This document shows positions 29,128-39,661 of a DNA stretch of 64,000 nucleotides, piece after piece. A program made the position numbers and the translations under genes. The notes beneath the pieces are model-generated. The model searched no databases. It had not been told where the DNA came from and was given only the letters and a program-made list of their open reading frames with translations. The stretch spans positions 3,648,001 to 3,712,000 of the forward strand of contig OZ243938.1 of the NCBI GenBank assembly GCA_965214095.1, written 5' to 3'. Origin of the DNA: Candidatus Poribacteria bacterium (GTDB lineage Bacteria; Poribacteria; WGA-4E; WGA-3G). Position 1 is the stretch's first letter, and each line of letters opens with the position of its first letter.

Positions 29128-30999
29128 CTACTTTAAGATAACAAGCTGCCGTATTTGCTGGAAGGATGACGTTTCCAATCGGTAGAAATACACACCACTT
29201 GCAACCCGTTCACCTAATGCATTTCTACCATCCCAATACGCAGCACGTCCTTGGTTGTGATAGAAACCTTCGGACTGATACCCCATAGTAAGCGTCCGAA
29301 CAAGTCCACCTGTCGCATCATATATTGATATGGATACAGGGGACGCAACTGACAACTGATACGGAATCCACGTCTCTGGATTGAACGGATTCGGATAGTT
29401 CTGCAACAACCGATCTTTGTTCGGTTGACCGATACTATCAAGTGTGACAGGAAGCAAAGCATTCGCTAAGTTATCAGGTGTTACCGTAAAGATGTATTTT
29501 TCAGAGGCAACGTTTCCGTTGGTATCAGTGACGGTAACTTCCAGTGTATCACCAACTTGCACAACATTCCGATAGGTCAGGTCTGCTGTAGCAGCAGCGA
29601 AGTAGTTATCATTCACTTGTGCTGTCATGAGGGTGTTTGTCCGTGTATTTCTGACAGTGATAAGATAGCCGTCATATTGTTGTGTGCCATCTAATTGTCC
29701 ACTCACAACGAATGCCCATGTTTCGGGTGCTGTTATATTTGGCGTTGCAGTTGGTGCTGCCGCACTGTCTTGTTGTGGGTTTGCCCAACCTGCACCGACG
29801 AATGCGAAGTCGCGTGCTTGTGGTACATTGACGATATAGCCTTTTCCGCCTTCAATAGCGAATCCATCGTTAGGTGCGTTCGGTGTCCACCCGACGAAAC
29901 TCTGTTTCTCGGTATCCAGTGCTATAACAACCGTTGCACCAGTCAATCCAGCAAATGATTTTGCGTTCATTGGTGTTCGGGAAGCTAAAGGCACAGAAAG
30001 CATGTTCAAACCTTCAGTAAGGTGTGTTTGGAAAACGTTACTATGTCTTTCTGCTTCTTCTTGTGTAGTAGGAATGGCAACACATCCGTGTCTACGTCCA
30101 TCTGGTGTATCATAGTATCCTGTTATCCAGCCGTTGTTGTCAATATCACGCAGCACAGTTACAACACTGCCGGGATAACGGAGTTCAAGGGGTTCACTGC
30201 CGAGGTGGATAACATAAGAACGTTCAATATCGTCTACGGCTTTCGCTCGGAATACAATGGACCCTACATCATTGATTGCATTCACAAAGAGGTATTCAGG
30301 GTTCGGGATGTTGGGAACATCAATATCGTGAACACTACCGTCAGGAAGGCGGGAAAACCCGTGATAGATACCATCACTATTGACATAACTCCCAACGACG
30401 ACACCCGCAGTATTAATATCATCAATGTATGTTGTTATTGCCGAAGGCACATTATATTGTCCTTCTCCAATAAAACCATTAACAACTTCTTCAACGTCAA
30501 TAGTGTCTCCGAGCAATTGTCCATCTTCTGCGATACCGAAGATTTGTGTGTTTAATGCACCAGGGAAGTTCCACACATTTATCTCACCATCCTGCAAAAT
30601 AATGCCGTGAGAAATCTCGTTTTGATCTATGTAAAATCCTGCTGCTTGTCCACTGTTATTGAGTCCATAGAAGGTAGTCTGTTTGGAATCAGGGACATCA
30701 TAAGTGATAAATTCTCCATCAATCAAGGTGAATCCAATAAGTTTATCATCAACGTTCTTAGTATTACCCGCGTAATGTCCGTGATCGTTGCTGGCAGTCA
30801 CTTCAAGGAAGTCAACACCGGGAACATTTATCGTTTCAAAGATATAGTACGAAGGTAATGGTGATACGGGTTCGGCAGAAATTAGGACAGGAACTGGCGG
30901 ACCGGGAGGTGTAGTATCAGATTGTGCTGTGGTGTGCCCTCCCAAACAGACAATAAGAGTTATAATCAGGAGAATATTAGTTTTTATAAGGTATTTCAA
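29128..30999 (-). CDS. Secreted repeat (HAF-like, probable beta-propeller) protein with FlgD-Ig/T9SS-like C-terminal domain, paralogue 1
   Basis: ~40-aa repeats (D.PG....ginn.G...G.Y); LLQNYPNPFNPETWIPYQL C-terminal domain. Probable TTG start at 30999; the ORF-track extension lies in repeat DNA. Confidence 0.75.
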   Translation of the reverse strand: MKYLIKTNILLIITLIVCLGGHTTAQSDTTPPGPPVPVLISAEPVSPLPSYYIFETINVPGVDFLEVTASNDHGHYAGNTKNVDDKLIGFTLIDGEFITYDVPDSKQTTFYGLNNSGQAAGFYIDQNEISHGIILQDGEINVWNFPGALNTQIFGIAEDGQLLGDTIDVEEVVNGFIGEGQYNVPSAITTYIDDINTAGVVVGSYVNSDGIYHGFSRLPDGSVHDIDVPNIPNPEYLFVNAINDVGSIVFRAKAVDDIERSYVIHLGSEPLELRYPGSVVTVLRDIDNNGWITGYYDTPDGRRHGCVAIPTTQEEAERHSNVFQTHLTEGLNMLSVPLASRTPMNAKSFAGLTGATVVIALDTEKQSFVGWTPNAPNDGFAIEGGKGYIVNVPQARDFAFVGAGWANPQQDSAAAPTATPNITAPETWAFVVSGQLDGTQQYDGYLITVRNTRTNTLMTAQVNDNYFAAATADLTYRNVVQVGDTLEVTVTDTNGNVASEKYIFTVTPDNLANALLPVTLDSIGQPNKDRLLQNYPNPFNPETWIPYQLSVASPVSISIYDATGGLVRTLTMGYQSEGFYHNQGRAAYWDGRNALGERVASGVYFYRLETSSFQQIRQLVILK

Positions 31000-31200
31000 A
31001 TCTCTATCCCTTTTAGTTGCATAGTAGTAGGCACACTCCGTGTGCCGTCCTATAGGTGTCAATTTCGGTTAGGAAACCCTGAGCATCAATTTCACCAAGG
31101 CTGGTAGGCTCGGTTTCCTAACCGAGCCGGATCCTACGCGAGAGCCTATAAAAAGACCGGTAGATGCGGTTTCCTAACCGCATCTATGAGACTAAACACA

Positions 31201-31524
31201 CACCAGTTCGGTTAGGAAACCGAACCTACCAGCACGGGTATCGGCACAACACCGGTTCGGTTAGGAAACCGAACCTACCAGCACGGGTATCGCCACTACA
31301 CTGGTTCGGTTAGGAAACCGAACCTACCGGCACGGGTATCGGCACAACACCAGTTCGGTTAGGAAACCGAACCTACCGGCACGGGTATCGGCACAACACC
31401 AGTTCGGTTAGGAAACCGAACCTACCAGCACGGGTATCGCCACTACACTGGTTCGGTTAGGAAACCGAACCTACCGGCACGGGTATCGGCACAACACCAG
31501 TTCGGTTAGGAAACCGAACCTACC
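31201..31524. repeat. Tandem array of seven REP hairpins with a 49-bp period
   Basis: gttcggttaggaaaccgaacctacc plus a near-constant linker (gcacgggtatcg(g/c)cac(a/t)acac); the homologous site at 29031..29110 has only two units. Confidence 0.92.
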
Positions 31525-31542
31525 GGCTGTGTTGATTACAAT

Positions 31543-34224
31543 CTATTTTAATATAACAAGCTGCCGTATTTGCTGGAAAGATGACGTTTCCAATCGGTAG
31601 AAATAGACACCACTTGCAACCCGTTCACCTAAAGCATTTCTACCATCCCAATACGCAGCACGTCCTTGGTTGTGATAGAAACCTTCGGACTGATACCCTA
31701 TAGTAAGCGTCCGAACAAGTCCACCTGTTGAATCATATATTGATATGGATACAGGGGACGCAACTGACAACTGATACGGAATCCACGTCTCAGGATTGAA
31801 CGGATTCGGATAGTTCTGCAACAACTTATCTTTGTTCGGTTGACCGATACTATCCAGTGTGACAGGAAGCAAAGCATTCGCTAAGTTATCAGGTGTTACC
31901 GTAAAGATGTATCTCTCAGAGGCAACGTTTCCGTTGGTATCAGTGACGGTAACTTCCAGTGTATCACCAACTTGCACAACGCTTCGATAGCTCAGGTCTG
32001 CCGTTGCAGCAGCGAAGTAGTTATCACTGACCTGTGCTGTCATGAGGGTGTTTGTCCGTGTGTTTCTGACTGAGATAAGATAGCCATCATATTGTTGTGT
32101 GTCATCTAATTGTCCACTCATAACGAATGCCCATGTTTCGGGTGCTGTTATATTTGGTGTTGCAGTCGGTGCTGCTGCACTGTCTTGTTGTGGGTTTGTC
32201 CAACCTGCACCGACGAATGCGAATTCGCGTGCTTGTGGCACATTGACGATGTAGCCTTTTCCGCCTTCAATAGCGAATCCATCGTTAGGTGCGTTTGGTG
32301 TCCACCCGACGAAACTCTGTTTCTCGGTATCCAGTGCTATAACAACCGTTGCACCAGTCAATCCAGCAAATGATTTTGCGTTCATTGGTGTTCGGGAAGC
32401 TAAAGGCACAGAAAGCATGTTCAAACCTTTCGTCAACTTCACACTGTAGGCGTTGCCAAACAAGTCGCTCACTGCTTCGGTAGTAGGTTTAGCGATAAAT
32501 CCGTGTCTACGTCCATCCGCTGACACATAGTTCCCGACAATAGAGCCATCCTGATTGATATTCCAACCCTCAGTGCTAACACTACCCGGGAATTCCAATT
32601 CTTTGAGTCCGTGCTGGAATGAACCGGTTACGGTACCCACCACATCTCCATACCTTTTGGCTCTGCCTACCAGAGTCCCTACATCGTTGATTCCGTGCAC
32701 AAAAAAGAATTCAAACGTTGCTGCTCGTGGCAATTCAATAGATATAAACCTTTCATCAGGGTTAAGCACATAAGGATGATATACCCCATCAGCATCCACA
32801 TAACTACCTACGAGGCGACCACTCGCGTTTACAAAATTGGCATAAGTTGCAGATGCATCGGGAACTTCCACGATGTCGTCTCCTGTGAACCCGCGACGAA
32901 CACCGGCTTCATCAATATAAGTCCCAGTCAATGCACCTGTCGCATCACTGATTCCATATATCTCTGTTTGCACAGCACCCGGGAAATCGTATTGCCGCAG
33001 TTCCCCATTTTCCAAAACGACACCATGATAGTTTCCGTCACTATCCATGTAGTGTCCAGCAGCGTTTCCATTATTACCGAGTGCATAGAAATGCGTTTTC
33101 TGTGAGTCGGGGAAATTATACCTCTTGAACTCACCATCAATTAGGGTAAATGCAACTTCTTTTTCACCATCAGCACTCAGTGTGTAACCGGCGTAATCCT
33201 CAAAGTCGCTACTTGCAGTCAACGCTAAGAAATCCACACCTGGAACATTAATACTTTCAAAGGTAAAGTTGAATTCGGTAGGCGTAGCAACAACAGGTTC
33301 GTCTTCAACTTCTGGAGCGATTCTGGCGATAAAGCCGTGTCTGTTACCATCTTCAGTGTCATAATGTCCGACAATAGAACCGTCTTGATTGATATTCCAC
33401 CCTTCCGTACTCACGCTGTCCGGAACCATAAACGGCTGTAGTCCATCCTGAAATGTACCGACAAATGTACTCGGAACACCGCCTTTACGTTTAGTCCGTG
33501 CAACGATGACTCTTGCATCGTTGATACCGTGCACAAAGAAGTATTCCAGAAATGATGCTTGTGGAAGGTCAAGAGAAACAAATCTGCCATCGGGTGTACG
33601 AATATAAGGATGATATAGACCTTCAGCATCAACGTAGCTCCCCACCATACCACCGCTTGAGTTCACAAAGTCAGCAAAAGTTTCCTGTGCTCCTTCAACT
33701 TCAATTATTTCGTCTCCAGAGAATCCGCGGCGAACACCAGAAGCATCTGTATAATTACCTGTCAAAGCACCAGTTGAATCACTGATACCGTAGATTTCAG
33801 TTTGAACGGAATCCGGAAAATCGTATTGCTGCAATTCGCCATTTTCATCCAAAACGACACCGTGTGTTAGCCCTTCACTGTCCTCGTAGTGTCCGGCAGC
33901 TTGACCATTATTACCGAGTGCAAAGAAATAAGTGTTTTGCGAACCCGGGAAATCATGCGTTGTAAAAACACCATCAATGAGTGTGAAGGCAACATTTTTT
34001 TCACCATCAGCACTTTTCGTGTAACCAGCGAAATCTCCAAAATCGTTACTCGCTGTCAACGCTAAAAAATCTACCCCCGGAACATCTATCGTCTCAAAAG
34101 TATAGTTGTCACTGGCAGATGCAGTCACATCTTGTGCAACAGTGTTCATCAAGAAAAATGAATTGAAGCACATCAACACTATAAGCATGTAAAAGAAAGG
34201 ACTCGTCTTAATCAATTTAGACAT
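31543..34224 (-). CDS. Secreted two-domain repeat protein with FlgD-Ig/T9SS-like C-terminal domain, paralogue 2
   Basis: Signal peptide; two ~275-aa homologous domains (FETIDVPGVDFLALTAS... / FESINVPGVDFLALTAS...); LLQNYPNPFNPETWIPY. Confidence 0.8.
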   Translation of the reverse strand: MSKLIKTSPFFYMLIVLMCFNSFFLMNTVAQDVTASASDNYTFETIDVPGVDFLALTASNDFGDFAGYTKSADGEKNVAFTLIDGVFTTHDFPGSQNTYFFALGNNGQAAGHYEDSEGLTHGVVLDENGELQQYDFPDSVQTEIYGISDSTGALTGNYTDASGVRRGFSGDEIIEVEGAQETFADFVNSSGGMVGSYVDAEGLYHPYIRTPDGRFVSLDLPQASFLEYFFVHGINDARVIVARTKRKGGVPSTFVGTFQDGLQPFMVPDSVSTEGWNINQDGSIVGHYDTEDGNRHGFIARIAPEVEDEPVVATPTEFNFTFESINVPGVDFLALTASSDFEDYAGYTLSADGEKEVAFTLIDGEFKRYNFPDSQKTHFYALGNNGNAAGHYMDSDGNYHGVVLENGELRQYDFPGAVQTEIYGISDATGALTGTYIDEAGVRRGFTGDDIVEVPDASATYANFVNASGRLVGSYVDADGVYHPYVLNPDERFISIELPRAATFEFFFVHGINDVGTLVGRAKRYGDVVGTVTGSFQHGLKELEFPGSVSTEGWNINQDGSIVGNYVSADGRRHGFIAKPTTEAVSDLFGNAYSVKLTKGLNMLSVPLASRTPMNAKSFAGLTGATVVIALDTEKQSFVGWTPNAPNDGFAIEGGKGYIVNVPQAREFAFVGAGWTNPQQDSAAAPTATPNITAPETWAFVMSGQLDDTQQYDGYLISVRNTRTNTLMTAQVSDNYFAAATADLSYRSVVQVGDTLEVTVTDTNGNVASERYIFTVTPDNLANALLPVTLDSIGQPNKDKLLQNYPNPFNPETWIPYQLSVASPVSISIYDSTGGLVRTLTIGYQSEGFYHNQGRAAYWDGRNALGERVASGVYFYRLETSSFQQIRQLVILK

Positions 34225-34704
34225 AAAAAAAACTCCTCTTGGTAATTTCTATAAATCTCAACATCCCTGTCAAACAAAGTGTCTCATATTTGATTTGTAA
34301 ATATCTTAACAGTATCTAATTTTTTCAAGAAAAACACAAGTTAAATTGTCTGTATTCAGGGTTATTTAGCCTTAGGTTTATCTGGTGTTTCTTTCACGGA
34401 CGCTAAATGTCCCAAAACGGTAGGTGCGGTTTCCTAACCGAACCGGCTTTGTTCCAAATACGTTCATATAGGTTCTCGCACAGGTTCCGTGCGGTTAGGA
34501 AACCGCACCTACCGGCCTGGGGAAAACGCGTAGGATCCGGTTCGGTTAGGAAACTTTCACGGACGCTAAATGCCCCAGGCCGGTAGGTTCGGTTTCCTAA
34601 CCGAACCGGCTTTATGCCAAATACGTTCATATAGGTTCTTGCACAGGTTCCGTGCGGTTAGGAAACCGCACCTACCGGCCTTAGGTGAGGTTAGGAAACC
34701 GCAC

Positions 34705-36192
34705 CATAGGCGTCAATTTAGTGATTTTTTGCTGCATTTTCAAGGTGTTCTAATGTTGTGTCTCTATTAGCACGTCTCTCAATGTAGCACCCATTTTGGA
34801 AAGCGTGTTTTATTTCATCAAAAGTTTGCCGAAAAGACATTATAGACTTGCGGAAACCTATTGCAAGTGTGCGTGCGAAGGTGCTAATAAGTTCTGCTGT
34901 TTTTGTTAGACTATGTTTTAGACATCGCCAACCGACCCTTAACATGATCCAGTGCCGCATAATTGCGACGATGAGTTTTGCATATAACTCACATAAGATT
35001 CTATATGGCTTGTCGCTACGGGAGGTATCAACTTTTCCAATGCTTTTGAAGCACTTGAACATCAACTCAACCTGCCATCGGATGCGTGCGACAGCACAAA
35101 TCTGTTCAGCAGTCAGATGGTCTACTTTTATATTAGTAATGTAGATATTCCATCTTGCGAGCTGAAGTCGTTTGGGTGAAGGTTTCGTATACTTCCGCTT
35201 TGCACGATGTTTTATCTCCTTAATACGCTGTTGGGTTTCTGTTTCTGAAAGTCTTTGAACAACTAATCGTGCTTTGAGACGCTTGTTTTTACCTATAAAG
35301 ATTTGTTTGTCCTTGAAGTTATTAGAACCCTTCTTGAGCCATTTTAGCAAACAAAAAGGGTCACCTGTTTCATCATAGAGAAAACACTGGACTTTGTAGC
35401 GTGATATCCAAAAGACGTTTGCATCGGAAAGTCTTTTGAAGGTATCAAGTGAATAATAGCCGAGGTCTGCGAGGCGCAAACTGCCGGCGGGTAGCATGTC
35501 AATCTGCTTTTCAATAGCACTATCAGCGGTGATACCATTGGTCAGTTCAAAGTGTTCAAAAGTGCCTGTGGCACTATCAAAACGCAGGTGGAGTTTCACG
35601 GCAGCTGTGTTCGGTTTATTCTTTTTGCTTCCACCTTCCCAAGTTTCGTGGAGCACATCAGGGAGTGTAATCCAAGAACTATCTTGTAAATAGACACCAG
35701 TGAACTTTTCAAGGAGCGGAAGCGTTTGCGGGTCGGCAGAAATAACCTTGGACGCAGTAGCATCAAGGATAACTTTCAGGGTCTCTGCTGCTTCAGATGT
35801 AAATCGTTGTTCAATGGCTTGTCGTGAGATTGAAATCCCCAGCACACCAGCGGTTTGCGCAAGTTGTGTATAGGTGGCATCTGGGTTTTCTAACCAAGTC
35901 CAAATGAGTATTTGAGCAAAACGACTACCGTTGAGTTTACAACTTCTTTTGACAAAACCTGTATTGAGAGCTGCATCATTGGCTATAGTTGTAAGAATAT
36001 GTTGCATTTCTTTGGGAACTTGTGATAATGTATTCATTAGGAAACACCTCTTTGTAGACCATAATAAATCTATATCTACATTATATATGAGGTGTTTTCA
36101 TTTTTACAGAAGTTTTATTTCATAATTTATACTTCCTCTGATTAAAAGTTGACACTTATCGGTCTTGGTGCATCCTTAAATTGACGCCTATG
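34705..36192 (-). mobile_element. IS4-family insertion sequence (IS231-like CAT..ATG ends), 1488 bp, inserted in a REP hairpin
   Basis: TIRs cataggcgtcaattta / taaattgacgcctatg; direct repeat gtgaggttaggaaaccgcac at 34685..34704 and 36193..36212. Confidence 0.93.
34718..36037 (-). CDS. IS4-family DDE transposase
   Basis: 439 aa; QDSS (D1), LADLGY (D2), ARIRWQVELMFKCFKS (YREK-type motif, with A in place of Y); stop codon inside the TIR. Confidence 0.95.
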   Translation of the reverse strand: MNTLSQVPKEMQHILTTIANDAALNTGFVKRSCKLNGSRFAQILIWTWLENPDATYTQLAQTAGVLGISISRQAIEQRFTSEAAETLKVILDATASKVISADPQTLPLLEKFTGVYLQDSSWITLPDVLHETWEGGSKKNKPNTAAVKLHLRFDSATGTFEHFELTNGITADSAIEKQIDMLPAGSLRLADLGYYSLDTFKRLSDANVFWISRYKVQCFLYDETGDPFCLLKWLKKGSNNFKDKQIFIGKNKRLKARLVVQRLSETETQQRIKEIKHRAKRKYTKPSPKRLQLARWNIYITNIKVDHLTAEQICAVARIRWQVELMFKCFKSIGKVDTSRSDKPYRILCELYAKLIVAIMRHWIMLRVGWRCLKHSLTKTAELISTFARTLAIGFRKSIMSFRQTFDEIKHAFQNGCYIERRANRDTTLEHLENAAKNH

Positions 36193-36259
36193 GTGAGGTT
36201 AGGAAACCGCACCCTACCAGCCTGGGGATTAACATAATCCTGAAAATCCTGGTTCAGAA

Positions 36260-38959
36260 TTACTTCAAAATAATTAACCGACGCGTTTGCTGGAAAGAAG
36301 GTGTCGTCAACTGGTAGAAATAAATACCACTTGCAACTTTTTCACCTAAAGTATTTCTGCCATTCCAATACGCAGCACGTCCGTGGTTATGATAGAATCC
36401 CTCCGATTGATAGCCGAGAGTAAGCGTCCGAACAAGTCCACCTGCCGTATCATATATTGATATGGATACAGGGGACGCAACCGACAGTTGATACGGTATC
36501 CACGTCTCAGGATTGAAGGGGTTCGGGTAGTTCTGCAACAACTGGTCTTTGTTCGGTTGACCGATGCTGTCAAGGGTGACAGGAAGCAAAGCATTCGCTA
36601 AGTTGTCGGGTGTCACCTTAAAGATATATTTCTCTGATGCGACATTCCCGATTATGTCAGACACGATTACTTCCAACGTATCACCAACTTGCACAACACT
36701 CCGATATGAAAGGTCTGCCGTAGCAGCGGCAAAGTAGTTATCACTGACTTTCGCTGTCATAACGGTGTTTGTCCGCGTGTTTCGGACTGTGATATGATAA
36801 CCGTCGTATTTCTGTGTACCTTGTAATTGTCCACTGACAACGAAAGCCCAAGCCTCACGTGCTGTCGCATTTGGAGATGCAGTCGGTGCTGCACTCGTAG
36901 GCATTTCATTTGTCCAACGTGCTCCGACGAAAGCAAAATCACGAACTTCTGGGACATTGACGATATAACCCTGACCACCTTCTATTGTGAAGCCATCATC
37001 AGGTGAACTTGGTGTCCAACCGATGAAACTTTGACTTTCAGTGTCAAGTGCTATCACCATTGTTGATCCTGTTATACCCGCCAGAGATTTTGCGTTCATT
37101 CGCGTTGTCGGTGCTAATGGCACAGACAGCATGTTTAGACCTTTGGTGAGTGTGACGGTATACGTGTTACCAAAATGATCACTCTCTTCCTGAGTACTGA
37201 GTCTTGCGACAAACCCGTGTCTACGTCCATCTGCTGAGACATAGTTCCCGACGACAGAAGCATCTTGATTGATATTCCAGCCCTCCGTGCTAACACTACC
37301 CGGATACTGCAATTCATGTAGTCCGTGCTGGAATGAGCCGACATAGGTGCGCGGCATGTCACCTACTGCTTTGGCTCTGCTAACGACAACGATGCCCCTT
37401 GCGTCTACATCGGCGACACCGTGAACGAAAAAGTATTCCAGATTGGTCGGATCCAGATAGTTCAGAACTGCGTATCTGCCATCCGGTCTATACGCGTATG
37501 AATGATATAGACCTTCAACGTCTACGTAGCTGCCGACGACAAGACCGCTTGCGTACACAAAATCGGCATAAGTTGCTGCTGCTTCAGGAGCCTCAACAAC
37601 TGTATCACCTGAGAATCCGCGACGAACGCCATCAGCACCTATAAAATTACCTGTCAGTGCGCCTGTTGCATCACTGATACCGAATATTTGCGTTTCGACG
37701 GCATCCGGAAAATCGTATTGGCGCAGTTCACCGTTTTCTAAGATGACACCGTGATAGAGACCGTCACTATCTTCGTAGTGCCCCGCAGCTTGTCCATTAT
37801 TATCGAGCGCATAGAAATATGTATTCTTAGAGCCGGGGAAATCGTAGGTGGTAAAAACACCATCAATCAGCGTAAAGGCGACTATTTTCTCGCCATCAGC
37901 ACGCCGCGTGTTACCAGCGTAATCTTCAAAATCGCTACTCGCTGTCAGATCTAAATAATCTACACCCGGCACATCAATGCTCTCAAATATAAAGTTGAAG
38001 TCGGCATCTGGTGTAGCGGGTTGCGTAGCAGTATCCGTTGTGGGTTTTGCGATAAACCCGTGTCTGTTTCCATCTGCTGTATCATAGTGTCCGACGATAG
38101 AACCGTCCTGATTAATATTCCAGCCCTCTGTGATAACACTGCCCGGATACTGCACTTCATGTAGACCATACCGCAGCGACCCGACATAGGTGCGTGTGAC
38201 ATCATCCACTGCTTTTGCTCTGCCAATGACAATCGTTGCATCGTTGATTCCATGCAGAAAAATGTATTCCAGATTGGACGCATCCAGATAATCCACAGTG
38301 AAGAATCTGCCATCCGGCGCAAACAGGTATGTATGATATAGACCTTCAACGTCTATGTATGTGCCTACGATACGACCGCTTGAGTTCACAAAATCGGCAT
38401 AAGTTGCTGTTGCATCGGGGTACTCAACGATTGTCTCGCCTGAAAATCCTCGGCGAATACCAGAAGTATCAATAAAATTGCCTGTCAGCGCGCCCGTCGC
38501 ATCACTGATACCGTATATCTCCGTTTGCACGGCACCCGGAAAATCGTATTGTCGCAACTCACCATCTTCTCCTAAGACGACACCGTGGTAGAGCCCATCG
38601 CTATCTTGGTAATGCCCCGCAGCTTGTCCATTATTACCGAATGCATAAAAATGAGTTTTCTGCGAATTGGGGAAATCGTAGGTCGTAAAAACACCATCAA
38701 TCAGTGTAAAGGCGACTTCTTTTTCTCCATCAGCACTCCGTGTGTAACCCGCATAATCCTCAAAGTCACTACTCGCTGTCACCGCTAAAAAATCTACACC
38801 CGGAACATCAATGCTCTCAAAGGTAAAGCTGGAGCCAGCGGACGCAACAGCGGATTCATCGTTATCTTGTGCAGTAGTTTCCCTTATGAAAAAGGAATTG
38901 AGGCACATGAATAACGTAAATATGTAAAACAGAAAACTGGTTCTAATTTGATTGCGCAT
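36260..38959 (-). CDS. Secreted two-domain repeat protein with FlgD-Ig/T9SS-like C-terminal domain, paralogue 3
   Basis: Same architecture as 31543..34224; 899 aa. Confidence 0.8.
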   Translation of the reverse strand: MRNQIRTSFLFYIFTLFMCLNSFFIRETTAQDNDESAVASAGSSFTFESIDVPGVDFLAVTASSDFEDYAGYTRSADGEKEVAFTLIDGVFTTYDFPNSQKTHFYAFGNNGQAAGHYQDSDGLYHGVVLGEDGELRQYDFPGAVQTEIYGISDATGALTGNFIDTSGIRRGFSGETIVEYPDATATYADFVNSSGRIVGTYIDVEGLYHTYLFAPDGRFFTVDYLDASNLEYIFLHGINDATIVIGRAKAVDDVTRTYVGSLRYGLHEVQYPGSVITEGWNINQDGSIVGHYDTADGNRHGFIAKPTTDTATQPATPDADFNFIFESIDVPGVDYLDLTASSDFEDYAGNTRRADGEKIVAFTLIDGVFTTYDFPGSKNTYFYALDNNGQAAGHYEDSDGLYHGVILENGELRQYDFPDAVETQIFGISDATGALTGNFIGADGVRRGFSGDTVVEAPEAAATYADFVYASGLVVGSYVDVEGLYHSYAYRPDGRYAVLNYLDPTNLEYFFVHGVADVDARGIVVVSRAKAVGDMPRTYVGSFQHGLHELQYPGSVSTEGWNINQDASVVGNYVSADGRRHGFVARLSTQEESDHFGNTYTVTLTKGLNMLSVPLAPTTRMNAKSLAGITGSTMVIALDTESQSFIGWTPSSPDDGFTIEGGQGYIVNVPEVRDFAFVGARWTNEMPTSAAPTASPNATAREAWAFVVSGQLQGTQKYDGYHITVRNTRTNTVMTAKVSDNYFAAATADLSYRSVVQVGDTLEVIVSDIIGNVASEKYIFKVTPDNLANALLPVTLDSIGQPNKDQLLQNYPNPFNPETWIPYQLSVASPVSISIYDTAGGLVRTLTLGYQSEGFYHNHGRAAYWNGRNTLGEKVASGIYFYQLTTPSFQQTRRLIILK

Positions 38960-39000
38960 AATGCAAACCTTTCTAAATTAAAGTGAGTTTGGCATAAACA

Positions 39001-39648
39001 GTTTCCTAACTGCACCTTATGTGTCAATTTAGTGTAAATTAGGCGTTTTCCCCAGGCCGGTAGGTTCGGTTTCCTAACCGAACCGAATACAAAAATTTGA
39101 TTTATCAAACTCACGTTATAGTGAATTATAAATATAAGTTGACACTTTCGACCCGCGGTAGGCGAGGTTTCCTAACCTCGCCGATGCAGAGTGTTCAAGT
39201 AATTTCAAAATCAAAGCAAAATATAGGTATTTTGCAAAACTAACTTAACGTCTTATAATTAATCATATTAAGACATTATTATATAATAATAGTTTATACA
39301 AAACTTATAACGTCTACATATTGATATTTTTTGTTTATGGTATTGGATTGAGAGGTGGTCTTTATGTCTCGCTTTGTGTATTTGGCACAAAGCCGGTTCG
39401 GTTAGGAAACCGAACCTACCGTCGTATGTAATAATTATGGTTTTTACTATAGTGGAATGGACAATTAATAGGACACGCCTCAGAGGGCGAGGAAACCTCG
39501 CCCCTACGATTTATAGTAAAATCTGAAATTAACAATACACTTTACATTTAGAAAAACGCGTTTGTAGTCGCGCAATTGATTGCGCCTCTTACATTGTATG
39601 AATATGCAATTGGGACAATATGTTTCATTAATTGTAAGTTTTACTATA
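39001..39648. repeat. REP/MITE cluster (degenerate IS-type end, T2 remnant 39117..39212, T1 39512..39648)
   Basis: Matches to the element families seen elsewhere in the window. Confidence 0.7.
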
Positions 39649-39661
39649 GGTTAATTTGGTA

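Noticed and set aside
31201-31524. CRISPR array
   Set aside because: The spacers are near-identical, the repeat is the genome-wide REP, and no cas genes are in the window.
29112-32429. Diversity-generating retroelement template/variable repeat pair
   Set aside because: No reverse transcriptase; the duplicated region is ~900 bp, both copies are coding, and differences do not look adenine-specific.
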